64,000 bases of DNA, from contig OZ223209.1 in NCBI GenBank assembly GCA_965140415.1, positions 5,728,001 to 5,792,000 on the forward strand, in the 5' to 3' direction. Under the pieces are notes generated by a model. That model ran no database searches and was not told where the DNA came from. It saw nothing but the letters and a program-made list of their open reading frames with translations. Position numbers and translations under genes: made by a program. This DNA comes from Myxococcota bacterium. GTDB taxonomy: Bacteria; Myxococcota_A; SURF-8. Below are positions 37,509-47,217 of the stretch, piece after piece (position 1 is the stretch's first letter; each line of letters opens with the position of its first letter).

Positions 37509-40500
37509 TGGCGCGGGGACAGGCGGAAATCCGTTGGAGCGTGGTCGTTTTCACGTTTGTCGTGCTTGCGTTGATGGCCTTCTTCGGTCAACGCCAATTG
37601 CATCTGGACACCAATATTCTGTCCGCCATGCCGCAGCAGGATGAAGCCTTGCGGGATGCACGCTACGTATTCACTCAAACTCCGATTATGGATCGTATCG
37701 TGGTCGATCTGGAGTGGCAAGGCAAGATGTCCGATAAGGATCAGTTGGTGTCAGTCGCCGACCGATTGACGGAAAAAGCGAACGCCAGCAAGCTGTTTCA
37801 GCCTATCGACAATAGCGCAATGGCCCAGTCTTTTACCTCCCTGGCCAGCCAACTGGCCGCCAACCTACCGCTTCTGTTCGACCGGGAAACGTTAGAAAAC
37901 GAGGTGCTTCCAAAGCTGAGCGAGCAAAGCATTCAGGCAACATTGCAAAACTACCTGAACGATCTCGCCGGGCTGGAAGGCATCGGACAGGCCCAGCTAT
38001 TCGAACGCGATCCATTGGGATTGCGAAATCTGATTTTGGCCCGCTTGCGATATTTGCTTCCCGATGGGGAGAACCAGCTTTATAAAAACCACTTGTTCAG
38101 CGCGGATGAACGCCATGTGCTGCTGAGTTTTCAGCCGTTGCAGTCGAGCATGGATAATCGCTACGCCGAAAAAATCGAAGGCTTTTTCGCTAAGGCCAAA
38201 CGCGATCTCATCGCAGCAGGTGGCGGGAAAAGCAAGAAAGCCAACGACGCCAATAAAAAAGAGAACATCCTGAATTCAGAAGGGAATTCCTCCTTACCGG
38301 TATTATTGACACCGGTTGGCTCCTATCGGGCCGGGCTGGATAACGAACGCACGGCGAAAAGCGATACGGTCAAGGCGGTGCTACTGGCAACAATCGGTAT
38401 TGCGTTATTGTTGTTACTCAGTTTTCCGCGCGGCCCCATCGGGTTGTTGTCGCTGCTTCCAGCGCTGGCAGGCACGGCGGCGGCCTTGTTTACGCTCTCC
38501 TTTTTTTACGAGTCGGTTTCGATTCTTGCAATCGGATTCGGCGGGGCGATCATCTCGATTACAGTCGATCACGGCATCGCGTATTTTCTTTTTCTGGATC
38601 GAAATAAGGAGACGACCGGAAAAGAGGCCAGCCACGAAGTGCGAGCGGTCGGATTGATCGCGGTACTGACAACAATCGGGGCGTTTTTATCATTATTGAT
38701 TAGTGATTTCAGTGTATTGGGAGAAATAGGACTGTTTGCGGCGCTGGGTGTCGGCTATTCCTTTGTCTTCGTTCATTCCGTTTTTCCTTTGATCTTCCGG
38801 CGCATGCCGCCCGCCCGGCGGCAGCACGGTTTGTGGCTGCAACGCCTTCCCGGCAAACTGGCAGAGAAAGGCGGCTGGCCGCTTTGTATCTCCATGATCC
38901 TACTTGGGATTTTTGCGGCTTTGATCATGCGTCCCGAATTCCGGGCCGATCTGGCAGCCATGAATACGGTGAGCGCCGAAACTTTGCAAGCCGAAGAAAA
39001 GGTACGCACAATCTGGGGCGATCTGACGCAGCGGGTTTATATTCTGATCGAAGCGCCGGAAATAACGGAGCTACATCGAAAGGCCGACCGACTACAGCAA
39101 ATGCTGCAAGACGGAGTAGCACGAGGCGCCGTGCTGCCTGCCGCGACACTATCGGATATCGTTCCGGGCGCGGAACTGGCAAAAAAGAACCTGGCTGACT
39201 GGCGGAATTTCTGGAGTGACGCTCGACAGCGGCAGGTTCGGGAAATATTATTGAAACAGGCAGAAGCACTCGGTTTTCGAGCGGAGACGTTTTCGGCTTT
39301 TTTCGAGGATCTGCGTCGAAATGACAGCCAACCACCGAAGCTGAATCCGTCTGTCTTTTCGCTTTTCGGGTTAGAAAAGAACCGGCAGGGCGACGGCTGG
39401 TTGTTGATGAGTTCGTTAAAACCCGGACCGAATTATCAGGCCGATGACTTGTACCGGGCGGTTCAAGATCAAAAGTTGGGGCGCATGCTGGATGCCCGTT
39501 ATTTCTCCAACCGGCTGGGCCGGATGCTGTCGGATACCTTTTCGCATATGTTCGTGCTGATCGGACTTGGGGTGACGATTCTGGTTTTCTTTTTCTTTCT
39601 GGATGCTTGGCTCGTTCTACTGGCGCTTGCTCCGGTGGCTTTCGCCACCGTCTGCACCTTGGCGACATTGACCTTGATCGATCATCCGATCGACATTCCC
39701 GGCCTGATGCTGACGATTGTGGTGTTGGGAATGGGCATCGATTATTCACTGTTTTTCCTGCGCGCCCAGCAGCGGCATTTCGATGCAAAATCGGACGCCG
39801 TGCGCACCATTCGGCTTTCGGTGTTTCTTTCCGCCTGCTCCACCTTGATCGGTCTGGGTGTGCTGGCGCTGGCGGAGCATAGTCTGCTAAAAAGCATCGG
39901 ACTGACGACCTTTCTGGGTATCGGCTTTTCCGTGCTTGGCACGTTTACGTTATTGCCGCCGTTTCTATCGAGGTTGTACAACTTTCAGCCTTTGATACGG
40001 GAAACGCTGGAGGCGGGATCGAAAACGCATCGGCGTCGTATTCTGGCGCGCTATCGACATCTGGAGCCGCAGGCGCGTTTGTTTGCGCGTTTCAAATTGA
40101 AGTTGGACCCGATGTTTTCCAACCTGAATGAGTTGAGCCGGGAATTCATTCCTGCGCAGGCGCGTATACTGGATGTGGGCTGCGGCGCGGGCCTGCCGGG
40201 ATTGTGGTTATTGACGCAGCGCCCGGACATTCGATTGACCGGCATCGATCCCGATGCGGAGCGGGTGCGGATCGCACGGCGCGTGTGGGGTGTTTCAGAG
40301 AACTCCGAAGATACGCAAAATTCAAACGATACGGAAAACGGGAATTCGAGCAAAGCAGACGAAACCGTTCAGGTGCATATTGCTTCGGCGCAGCAACTGC
40401 CGGAGATGTTGCACTCGTTCGATGTCATCATGCTTTTGGATATGTTGCATTACCTGGATGATGCGGAAGTGGCAACCTTGTTTTTGAATCTGGAAAAACT

Positions 40501-40732
40501 GCTGCAAACGCAGGGACGAATTCTGCTGCGGGTGACGCTACCCGGCGACAAGCGCTTTCCCTGGGAACGTTGGTTGGAGGCCGGTCGCTTGAAATTGCAG
40601 CGGAAACCGTCGTATTTCCGGGATCTGGATGCGTTACAAACCATCATAGAACAATCCGATTTCCGCATCGTAAAGCAGCAGGTCAGTCAGGTTGGACGCG
40701 AAGAAACCTGGATGATTCTGGAACGAAAGTAA
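37508..40732 (+). CDS. MMPL/RND-family exporter fused to a C-terminal class I SAM methyltransferase
   Basis: Two TM blocks with ITVDHG / GIDYS motifs and large loops; C-terminal ILDVGCGAG, GIDPD, LDMLHY. Confidence 0.87.
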   Translation: MARGQAEIRWSVVVFTFVVLALMAFFGQRQLHLDTNILSAMPQQDEALRDARYVFTQTPIMDRIVVDLEWQGKMSDKDQLVSVADRLTEKANASKLFQPIDNSAMAQSFTSLASQLAANLPLLFDRETLENEVLPKLSEQSIQATLQNYLNDLAGLEGIGQAQLFERDPLGLRNLILARLRYLLPDGENQLYKNHLFSADERHVLLSFQPLQSSMDNRYAEKIEGFFAKAKRDLIAAGGGKSKKANDANKKENILNSEGNSSLPVLLTPVGSYRAGLDNERTAKSDTVKAVLLATIGIALLLLLSFPRGPIGLLSLLPALAGTAAALFTLSFFYESVSILAIGFGGAIISITVDHGIAYFLFLDRNKETTGKEASHEVRAVGLIAVLTTIGAFLSLLISDFSVLGEIGLFAALGVGYSFVFVHSVFPLIFRRMPPARRQHGLWLQRLPGKLAEKGGWPLCISMILLGIFAALIMRPEFRADLAAMNTVSAETLQAEEKVRTIWGDLTQRVYILIEAPEITELHRKADRLQQMLQDGVARGAVLPAATLSDIVPGAELAKKNLADWRNFWSDARQRQVREILLKQAEALGFRAETFSAFFEDLRRNDSQPPKLNPSVFSLFGLEKNRQGDGWLLMSSLKPGPNYQADDLYRAVQDQKLGRMLDARYFSNRLGRMLSDTFSHMFVLIGLGVTILVFFFFLDAWLVLLALAPVAFATVCTLATLTLIDHPIDIPGLMLTIVVLGMGIDYSLFFLRAQQRHFDAKSDAVRTIRLSVFLSACSTLIGLGVLALAEHSLLKSIGLTTFLGIGFSVLGTFTLLPPFLSRLYNFQPLIRETLEAGSKTHRRRILARYRHLEPQARLFARFKLKLDPMFSNLNELSREFIPAQARILDVGCGAGLPGLWLLTQRPDIRLTGIDPDAERVRIARRVWGVSENSEDTQNSNDTENGNSSKADETVQVHIASAQQLPEMLHSFDVIMLLDMLHYLDDAEVATLFLNLEKLLQTQGRILLRVTLPGDKRFPWERWLEAGRLKLQRKPSYFRDLDALQTIIEQSDFRIVKQQVSQVGREETWMILERK

Positions 40733-40757
40733 GTTGAAGTAGAAAATAGAGGAGTTA

Positions 40758-40908
40758 TTACTCATTTCTGTCCATCGAGTAATCATGATGTGCCATGGTC
40801 TCACGGAATGGAAATTCCGGGAGGCCGTGTGTAACTTATTGAAGACACACAGCCTTCCACGATCTTCGATCGCGTAAGACTATGGCACAAAATCACAGAA
40901 TCTGTGGC
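40758..40908. repeat. Structured ~150-bp intergenic repeat (family C), copy 1
   Basis: Near-identical to 59094-59244; closing stem TGTGCCATGGTCT/AGACTATGGCACA encloses three hairpins. Confidence 0.88.
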
Positions 40909-40941
40909 TAAAAATGATTAAGAACCGCTCTAGCTGAAGCT

Positions 40942-40991
40942 GAAAGTAGCTGGAGGCAGAAAGTAGCTGGAGGCAGAAAGTAGCTGGAGGC
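40942..40991 (+). repeat. 17-bp tandem repeat x3 (GAAAGTAGCTGGAGGCA)
   Basis: Read directly; the last copy supplies the GGAGG RBS of the ORF at 41000. Confidence 0.9.
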
Positions 40992-40999
40992 GCAGGCGA

Positions 41000-41896
41000 A
41001 TGCACTTGTGGTTTTATCGAATGATTGCCGGTATCGGGCGCAGAATCGGGTTATGGTTTGTGGCCTGGGTCTCCTGGCTGATCAGTAGCTGGTTTTTCTT
41101 TTTCTTTCCTAAACGGCTTAAAACCAGTTTGCATTTTTATAAAGCCTTGTTCCCTGAACGTAGTCTGCTTTCGCGATTACGCTTAAGCTGGAGGCAATAT
41201 CACAGCTTTGCGGCATTGTATGCCGAGCGCCTGCGGTATCGTGCGGCAGGCAAGTTGGAGTATCAGTCGGAAGGCTGGGAGCATATCCAAAACCTGCAAC
41301 AACAAGGCAAGGGCGGCATTTTATTGATGAGCCACGTCGGTAGCTGGGAGGCGGCGGCTTTTGCACTTCAAAGCGAAGGGCTGCGCATCATGGCCTATAT
41401 GGGTTCGCGTGAAGGCGAGCCGATAGAAGAGAAAATGCGACAGGATTTGCGGCGGCAGGGAATTGAAATCGTGGCGGTGGCTAGCGATGGCGGATCGCCT
41501 TTGGATGGTTTGGCGGGAATACGTTTCGTTCGCGATGGCGGTTTTCTGACGTTGAGTGCGGATCGGCTGTGGAGAGAGGATCAGCCAAGCATTCAGGCGA
41601 CATTTTTAGGCCATCGGGTTTGCCTGCCGAAAGCACCGTTCGCTTTTGCGCTGAGTAGCCATGCGCCGTTGATCGTCTTTTTCATCACACGTGATAAAAC
41701 ACAAAAAGGTACACCGGGCGAGTATCGTTTTACTGGTTGTGAGCCGATTTATGTTGAAGCAACCAGCAGATCCGAACGCGACCTCGCGATGCAACAAGCT
41801 GCACAGCGTTACCTTTCGTACCTTGAAGAAACCTTACGAAACACTCCGGAGCAGTGGTATCACTTCGAAGCCTTCCTAGGCGAAAAAGTCCAATGA
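41000..41896 (+). CDS. LpxL/lysophospholipid acyltransferase family protein
   Basis: GGILLMSHVGSWE, SADR, FLG....P..P, PEQWYHF. Confidence 0.88.
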   Translation: MHLWFYRMIAGIGRRIGLWFVAWVSWLISSWFFFFFPKRLKTSLHFYKALFPERSLLSRLRLSWRQYHSFAALYAERLRYRAAGKLEYQSEGWEHIQNLQQQGKGGILLMSHVGSWEAAAFALQSEGLRIMAYMGSREGEPIEEKMRQDLRRQGIEIVAVASDGGSPLDGLAGIRFVRDGGFLTLSADRLWREDQPSIQATFLGHRVCLPKAPFAFALSSHAPLIVFFITRDKTQKGTPGEYRFTGCEPIYVEATSRSERDLAMQQAAQRYLSYLEETLRNTPEQWYHFEAFLGEKVQ

Positions 41897-42189
41897 ACTT
41901 TACGTTTTGTGGTGAAGAATGTTGCGCGCAGTCGCCCCCTGACGAAGTGGCTTGAAGTCAGGCCGAGGCTCCCCGCCCTCTCACCCCCGGTTGTCATGCG
42001 TTTTGCGAAGCCGTCACGGCGTTTGCAATCGCATCCACATTTTTTCAGTGACAGGCAAACGCCACGCCGGAGCAAACCGCACGCCAACCTGTGTTATTGA
42101 AATCAGGTGACGGTGCCAATTGCCAAACGATTACTGGAGTGTTATGGTTTTCGAGTTACTGGGTTCTTGTTCGGGTTTGGCGGAGTCCC

Positions 42190-42214
42190 TGGATTCCCGC
42201 CTACGCGGGAATGA
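42190..42214. repeat. Short palindromic REP-like element (GGATTCCCGCCTACGCGGGAATGAC)
   Basis: ATTCCCGC/GCGGGAAT hairpin, resembling the widespread GTCATTCCCGCG.AGGCGGGAATCC repeat in reverse. Confidence 0.65.
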
Positions 42215-42255
42215 CATGATGATATGTATCGATACACAGTGATTGAGAATGACGA

Positions 42256-43245
42256 ATGGATCTGAAAGCGAAAGTAAAAATCGGGTTATCGGTTGCCCGG
42301 TATAATTTGAATGGGACACGCATTCCCATTGCCGTTGCGTGGCTGATCACCGGGCGCTGCAATCTTGCCTGCGAGTATTGCCAGTGGAAAGATTTGCGCC
42401 AAAGTGAGGAACTGGATACAAAGCAGGCGCTAGATATGATCGATCAAATGAAGCGAGCGGGAACACAACTGATCTCGATCACCGGCGGCGAACCGCTGTT
42501 ACGCAAGGACATCGGGCAGATTGTGAAGTATATCAAGCGGCAGGGAATGGTGTGCAAATTGAACACTAATGGCGTTTTGCTCGATGAGAGGCGGCTTGCC
42601 GAGCTATCCGGACTAGATCTGTTGCAGGTCAGCCTGGACGGTCCTCCGGATGTGCACGATCGATTGAGAGGCGAAGGTTCCGCGATGCGTGCAGTGCGTG
42701 CGATTGTTTTGGCGAAGTCAAAAGGGATAAAGGTACAGTTGATCGCCTGTTTGACACGGGAAAACGTGGAACGGATCGACGAGGTACTGGATTACGGACT
42801 GGAGTTGGGAGTCGGTTTTTATTTCCAGATTCTGACCCCGCAGCCGTTAAACGCGGAGGAGATCGACCGCTCGGTACCGGATCGAGAGAGTTTAGCCAAT
42901 ACATTGCGCTACCTGCTGAAACTGAAGCGCAGCAAGCGCGGGAGAGGACGAGCCGTTGGAAGCAGCGAAAGCGAGCTGCTTTATTATCTCGATATGGTTG
43001 AAGAGCAGCGCCGCGGTTGTGATTGCGCGTTAGTTACAGCGACCATGCTTCCCGATGGCAAGTTGATTTTCTGTGGCAACAGGAAAGAGATTCAAGCTTT
43101 CGATACCAAAGCGATGGGATTTTCCGAAGCGTTTTCGAAATTGACGACACCGGATTGCGACGGTTGCGTGTGCGTGGGTAAGCTGCGCTTATCTAAAGTT
43201 TTTCGACTGGACACCGGTTTGATTAAGGAAATGATCAAACTGTAA
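42256..43245 (+). CDS. Radical SAM protein with C-terminal Cys-rich (Twitch-like) region
   Basis: CNLACEYC, TGGEPLLR, QVSLDG, C-terminal CDC..C..CDGCVC. Confidence 0.9.
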   Translation: MDLKAKVKIGLSVARYNLNGTRIPIAVAWLITGRCNLACEYCQWKDLRQSEELDTKQALDMIDQMKRAGTQLISITGGEPLLRKDIGQIVKYIKRQGMVCKLNTNGVLLDERRLAELSGLDLLQVSLDGPPDVHDRLRGEGSAMRAVRAIVLAKSKGIKVQLIACLTRENVERIDEVLDYGLELGVGFYFQILTPQPLNAEEIDRSVPDRESLANTLRYLLKLKRSKRGRGRAVGSSESELLYYLDMVEEQRRGCDCALVTATMLPDGKLIFCGNRKEIQAFDTKAMGFSEAFSKLTTPDCDGCVCVGKLRLSKVFRLDTGLIKEMIKL

Positions 43246-43308
43246 GGTGAAATACAATTCTTTTCACCGTTTGGTTGCATCACAAATTATTGCGATTTTC
43301 AGAAAAAC

Positions 43309-43401
43309 CGCTCATGGTAAGTGATTGGCAAAGCCAATTGTATCGAACCATAGCGAAAATCCCTCGATACTCCGCCCTTCGGACGGCACTCGGGATGAGC
43401 G
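43309..43401. repeat. Palindromic intergenic element (CGCTCAT...ATGAGCG) with internal hairpins
   Basis: Closing CGCTCAT/ATGAGCG with internal ATTGGC-AAA-GCCAAT hairpin; single copy in the window. Confidence 0.45.
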
Positions 43402-43609
43402 TTGGTAAACCTAAAGAATCAATGCACTATCTTGTGATGCCCCCTCATCGTTTGTTTTTGGTTCTTTGCGACTTCATCATGTTGCCTCACTTTGTTCAAT
43501 GTGCTACAAAACATCATGGCTGACCCCGATTGAGATGAATTCGATTGAACGCTTGCATCGATTCGGCAAAGCCACGTCTAGTAAAACTGTTGTCACTTGG
43601 AGAGATACC

Positions 43610-45754
43610 ATGAAACGTTATGTTGTTGCGTTGTTGTGTGTGCTATGGATGCTGCCTTCGTTTGCCGTGGCGGAGAATGGCAATTCGAGTACGAACGAAG
43701 AGCCTGCTGCCGCTTCTGAAACGGCGGCTCCAACGTTGGGAGAAGTGATCATCAGCGCGACCCGTAGCGAGGATGAAGCTTTTTTAAGCGATCGCAGCCT
43801 GAACGTGATCGGCAGTGAAAAAATCACGCAGCATGCGCCGCGCAGCCTCCCGGAATTGCTGCGGGAATCCACCGGAGTATTCGTTCAACATACCAACTAC
43901 GGCGGTGGCTCACCGATTCTGCGTGGCATGGTCGGACCGCAGGTGCTGCTATTGGTGGACGGCATTCGCCTGAACAATTCGGTTTTTCGTACCGGACCTT
44001 TGCAATACGCCAACCTGATCGATCCGTACGCAGTGGAACGACTGGAAGTGGTACGCGGTCCCGGTTCCGTGCTGTATGGCTCCGACGCCATGGGCGGTGC
44101 GATTCAGGCACTGACCTTTTTCCCGCGTGATCGCCGCTACACCAATGACAAGGCCGATGGTCGGGGGCTGATCAAGTTGGGTAGCGCCTCCAGAGAGGCG
44201 ACCTATCACGGTATGCTTGATTCCGGATTCGAAGGTTTCGGCTTCAACGTCAATGCAACGTATCGCGACTTCCACAACCTGCGCGCGGGTGGGGATGTCG
44301 GTGCGCAACCTTACAGCAATTACAGCCAGGTGAACTCCAGCGGCAAGTTGATGTATCGGTTCAATGGGGCAGCGGACGGTGTGACTCTGTCGGCAGGATA
44401 CATGCTGACCCGTATGTACGATGTAGGCCGGGCTGAGAATCTGGAAGTCAAGGACTCCTACAATCTGTACCAGAACGACCATTACCTGGCTTTCGTCAAA
44501 GCGCATTTCCCGGTTGCGGCGATGCATACCGATTTCGATCTGACCTTTGCCTACCAACGGTTTTTCGAGGAAAAGGATTCGGTCAAGCTGGATGAATCTC
44601 ACGAAACGGAGTTGAAACGCACTCGCGATCATACAACGGTAGACACGTTCAATCTCGACGTACAGGGCACCACCAAGCTGTTTGAAGACCGGCTGCGCAT
44701 CACCTTCGGTGGAGAGTACAACCACGACGACATCGATTCGTCGCGCCAGAATCGCAGCGGCACGGACATTTGGACGGACAATGCGTTAACGCCGTTTCCC
44801 GATGGCTCCAGCTATCAATTGGGCGGGGGCTATGTATATCTGCGCGGAAAAGCACTGCCGACCAATTGGGCCGCCGAGTTGAACTTGAACGCCGGGTATC
44901 GCATTCAGTACATGGGCGGCAAAGCAGACGCCAACGGAAGTAATCCGGCGGCGGATTACAGCAATCTGGCACATGTGGCCATGGCAGGCATTCAGGCGAA
45001 TTACCTGCATTACTTCACCTCCGCTTTTACCTGGTCGCAGGGCGTGCGCGCTCCCAACTTGCAGGAAAGCGTGCAGGTTGGTGATACCGGCGACTGGTAC
45101 CATGTGCCCAACAACGATCTGAAACCGGAACGCAGCAACACACTGGAATTATTACTTCGATTCGATACGCCTTACATCTACGGATCGGGTAGCGGCTACG
45201 TCAGTTTCATCAGCGATGTCATCAAGCGCGTTTCGACTACTACGGATGATGGACAGGATACGGTAATGGATAAGCAGGTCGTGCATAACGTCAACGGCGG
45301 CAAGGCGCGCATGTACGGCACGGAAGGCGAACTGGGTTTCCGTTTCGGCCATGGGGTATCGCTGGATGGCAGTGTGACCTATACCTATGGAACCGAGGAA
45401 AAATCCGATGGCGGCGAGATTCCGCTTTCGAAAATCCCTCCCCTGTTCGGTCGTGTGGCGCTGCGTTGGGAGCACACCGTCAATAAAGATCTGGATGTGC
45501 TGGCAGAAGCCTACGTGCTGTGGGCGACGAAGCAGGATCGTTTGTCGGAAAACGATCTGACAGACGTGCGTATTCCCGAAGGCGGCACGCCGGGATGGGC
45601 GACGGTCAACCTGCGGGTGGCTTTGGATCTGTATCAGCACGCCCGATTGACGTTGAACGCCGAGAACCTGTTGGACAAAAAATACAAGTACCACGCCAGC
45701 GGCATTTACAGCCCGGGCACGAACGTCATCGTCGGTGTGGAAGGTCGGTTTTAG
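43610..45754 (+). CDS. TonB-dependent outer-membrane receptor
   Basis: Signal peptide from ATG 43610, TonB-box-like EVIISATR, plug LLLVDGIR and ERLEVVRGPGSVLYGSDAMGG, ENLLDKKY, terminal Phe. Confidence 0.95.
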   Translation: MKRYVVALLCVLWMLPSFAVAENGNSSTNEEPAAASETAAPTLGEVIISATRSEDEAFLSDRSLNVIGSEKITQHAPRSLPELLRESTGVFVQHTNYGGGSPILRGMVGPQVLLLVDGIRLNNSVFRTGPLQYANLIDPYAVERLEVVRGPGSVLYGSDAMGGAIQALTFFPRDRRYTNDKADGRGLIKLGSASREATYHGMLDSGFEGFGFNVNATYRDFHNLRAGGDVGAQPYSNYSQVNSSGKLMYRFNGAADGVTLSAGYMLTRMYDVGRAENLEVKDSYNLYQNDHYLAFVKAHFPVAAMHTDFDLTFAYQRFFEEKDSVKLDESHETELKRTRDHTTVDTFNLDVQGTTKLFEDRLRITFGGEYNHDDIDSSRQNRSGTDIWTDNALTPFPDGSSYQLGGGYVYLRGKALPTNWAAELNLNAGYRIQYMGGKADANGSNPAADYSNLAHVAMAGIQANYLHYFTSAFTWSQGVRAPNLQESVQVGDTGDWYHVPNNDLKPERSNTLELLLRFDTPYIYGSGSGYVSFISDVIKRVSTTTDDGQDTVMDKQVVHNVNGGKARMYGTEGELGFRFGHGVSLDGSVTYTYGTEEKSDGGEIPLSKIPPLFGRVALRWEHTVNKDLDVLAEAYVLWATKQDRLSENDLTDVRIPEGGTPGWATVNLRVALDLYQHARLTLNAENLLDKKYKYHASGIYSPGTNVIVGVEGRF

Positions 45755-45767
45755 GCGATCGATTGAT

Positions 45768-47120
45768 TCAACCGATTTTATAACGCTTCATTTGTGAGGC
45801 GCGCTGCTGAACGCCAGCCTCGTCGAAAGGCTGGATTCCCAACGTTCCATGAATTTCCACATAACGGCTGGAAACACCTGGACATTGCGACTGGAGCAGG
45901 CAGGTACTACAGACATCGGGATGAATGAATTCCGGCTCACGCCCAAGGTTTTGGATTATCGGTGTGGATTTGTCGGATTTACCGCTGGTAATGATTTCCT
46001 CGGTGCTGACGACGTTGATACTTTCCGGACCGGAATAGACGATTTCCGGCAGTACACACAGGGGTAGACCGCTATTGATGGCGAACGGCATTCTGTTGCC
46101 GGGACTTCGCGCGATGATATTCAAAAGCGCGTCGCGCACATCGGAAAACGGCGCGGCGACCTGCTCGGCGTTGATGGCCGCCTGCCCGTTCATCCATGGA
46201 TAATTCAAGGTGATCTGATGGGGGGTGTGATAATGCAACAGGTCGAACAGTTGTGGCAAAACCGGAATATTGTAGGTAGTCAGCACGGTGTTCGAACGCC
46301 AGAATCGGCCTATGCTACGCTGCTGTTTTACATCGCCTAAAATGGTTTTCAGATTTTTTAACGCCTGTAGCTTTTTCTCGAACAGGTGTTCACGCCTGGT
46401 AATTTTGCGCTCGGTTTCGTTATCGGGACCGTGGATGCTCAGCACAATTACCCGCATACCTTTTTCAAACAACAATTCCAAAAATGCGCGATCCGCAATG
46501 CGACTGCCATTGGTAATGACCTCGACATCCTGAAAGCCCATCTTGCTGGCCGCCTCTACCAAGTCGGGAAAATCTGGGCGCAAAGTGGGTTCCAGACCGT
46601 TAAAGGTCAGCCCTTCGTAACCCTGTTCCCTGGCCAGTTCCATCGCTTGCAGGCAGCTCTGTTTACTGCGGCGGGTATACAATTCCTGACGACAGGTGTC
46701 GGTGCAGAAAATACAGTTGGAAGGGCAGGCATGACCGATGGGAAGGTCGATGCGCTTGTCGGGGTCCACGATAAGCAGTGTGTCATCCGTCGATATTTCG
46801 AGCAGATTCAGGATTTCCTGTTCGCTCAGGTTCTTAAGGTTATTTGCGACGATGCGTGCGACGGCTCGTGCCAGCAGCTCGGCTTTAGGGTAAATACGTG
46901 TGGTCTCGGGAAACGACACCGATACGGGACCATCGCTGGCGAAGCTTTTAACGTTACTTTTCGTGGCGAATACCCGAATGCGTACGGTTTCATTTTCCTC
47001 GTGGTCTTGAAAGACCAGCACCGGTATTTCTTCCTCTTGGATGCTTTTCAGCGTAAAGCGCTGAGCGAACAAGACACCCTGTTTTATTGGGGCGAGATAT
47101 TTTTCAAACGGATGCGTCAT
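45768..47120 (-). CDS. Radical SAM protein, HxsC-like, with ~120-aa N-terminal extension
   Basis: CPSNCIFC, GLEPT, LPLC, C-terminal CSTC.....CPG....Y...HG. Confidence 0.82.
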   Translation of the reverse strand: MTHPFEKYLAPIKQGVLFAQRFTLKSIQEEEIPVLVFQDHEENETVRIRVFATKSNVKSFASDGPVSVSFPETTRIYPKAELLARAVARIVANNLKNLSEQEILNLLEISTDDTLLIVDPDKRIDLPIGHACPSNCIFCTDTCRQELYTRRSKQSCLQAMELAREQGYEGLTFNGLEPTLRPDFPDLVEAASKMGFQDVEVITNGSRIADRAFLELLFEKGMRVIVLSIHGPDNETERKITRREHLFEKKLQALKNLKTILGDVKQQRSIGRFWRSNTVLTTYNIPVLPQLFDLLHYHTPHQITLNYPWMNGQAAINAEQVAAPFSDVRDALLNIIARSPGNRMPFAINSGLPLCVLPEIVYSGPESINVVSTEEIITSGKSDKSTPIIQNLGREPEFIHPDVCSTCLLQSQCPGVSSRYVEIHGTLGIQPFDEAGVQQRASQMKRYKIG

Positions 47121-47217
47121 TGTAATCCTTCGTTCAATGCAAAGGAATTATAGTGTGATTTCAGAAGCACCGCAATGAGGGATGCAAAAAGAAAAAGATA
47201 TTTCCTATGGGAACACG

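Noticed and set aside
43245-43610. Cobalamin or other riboswitch upstream of the TonB receptor
   Set aside because: No B12-box-like motifs are recognisable; the structure present looks like a palindromic repeat.
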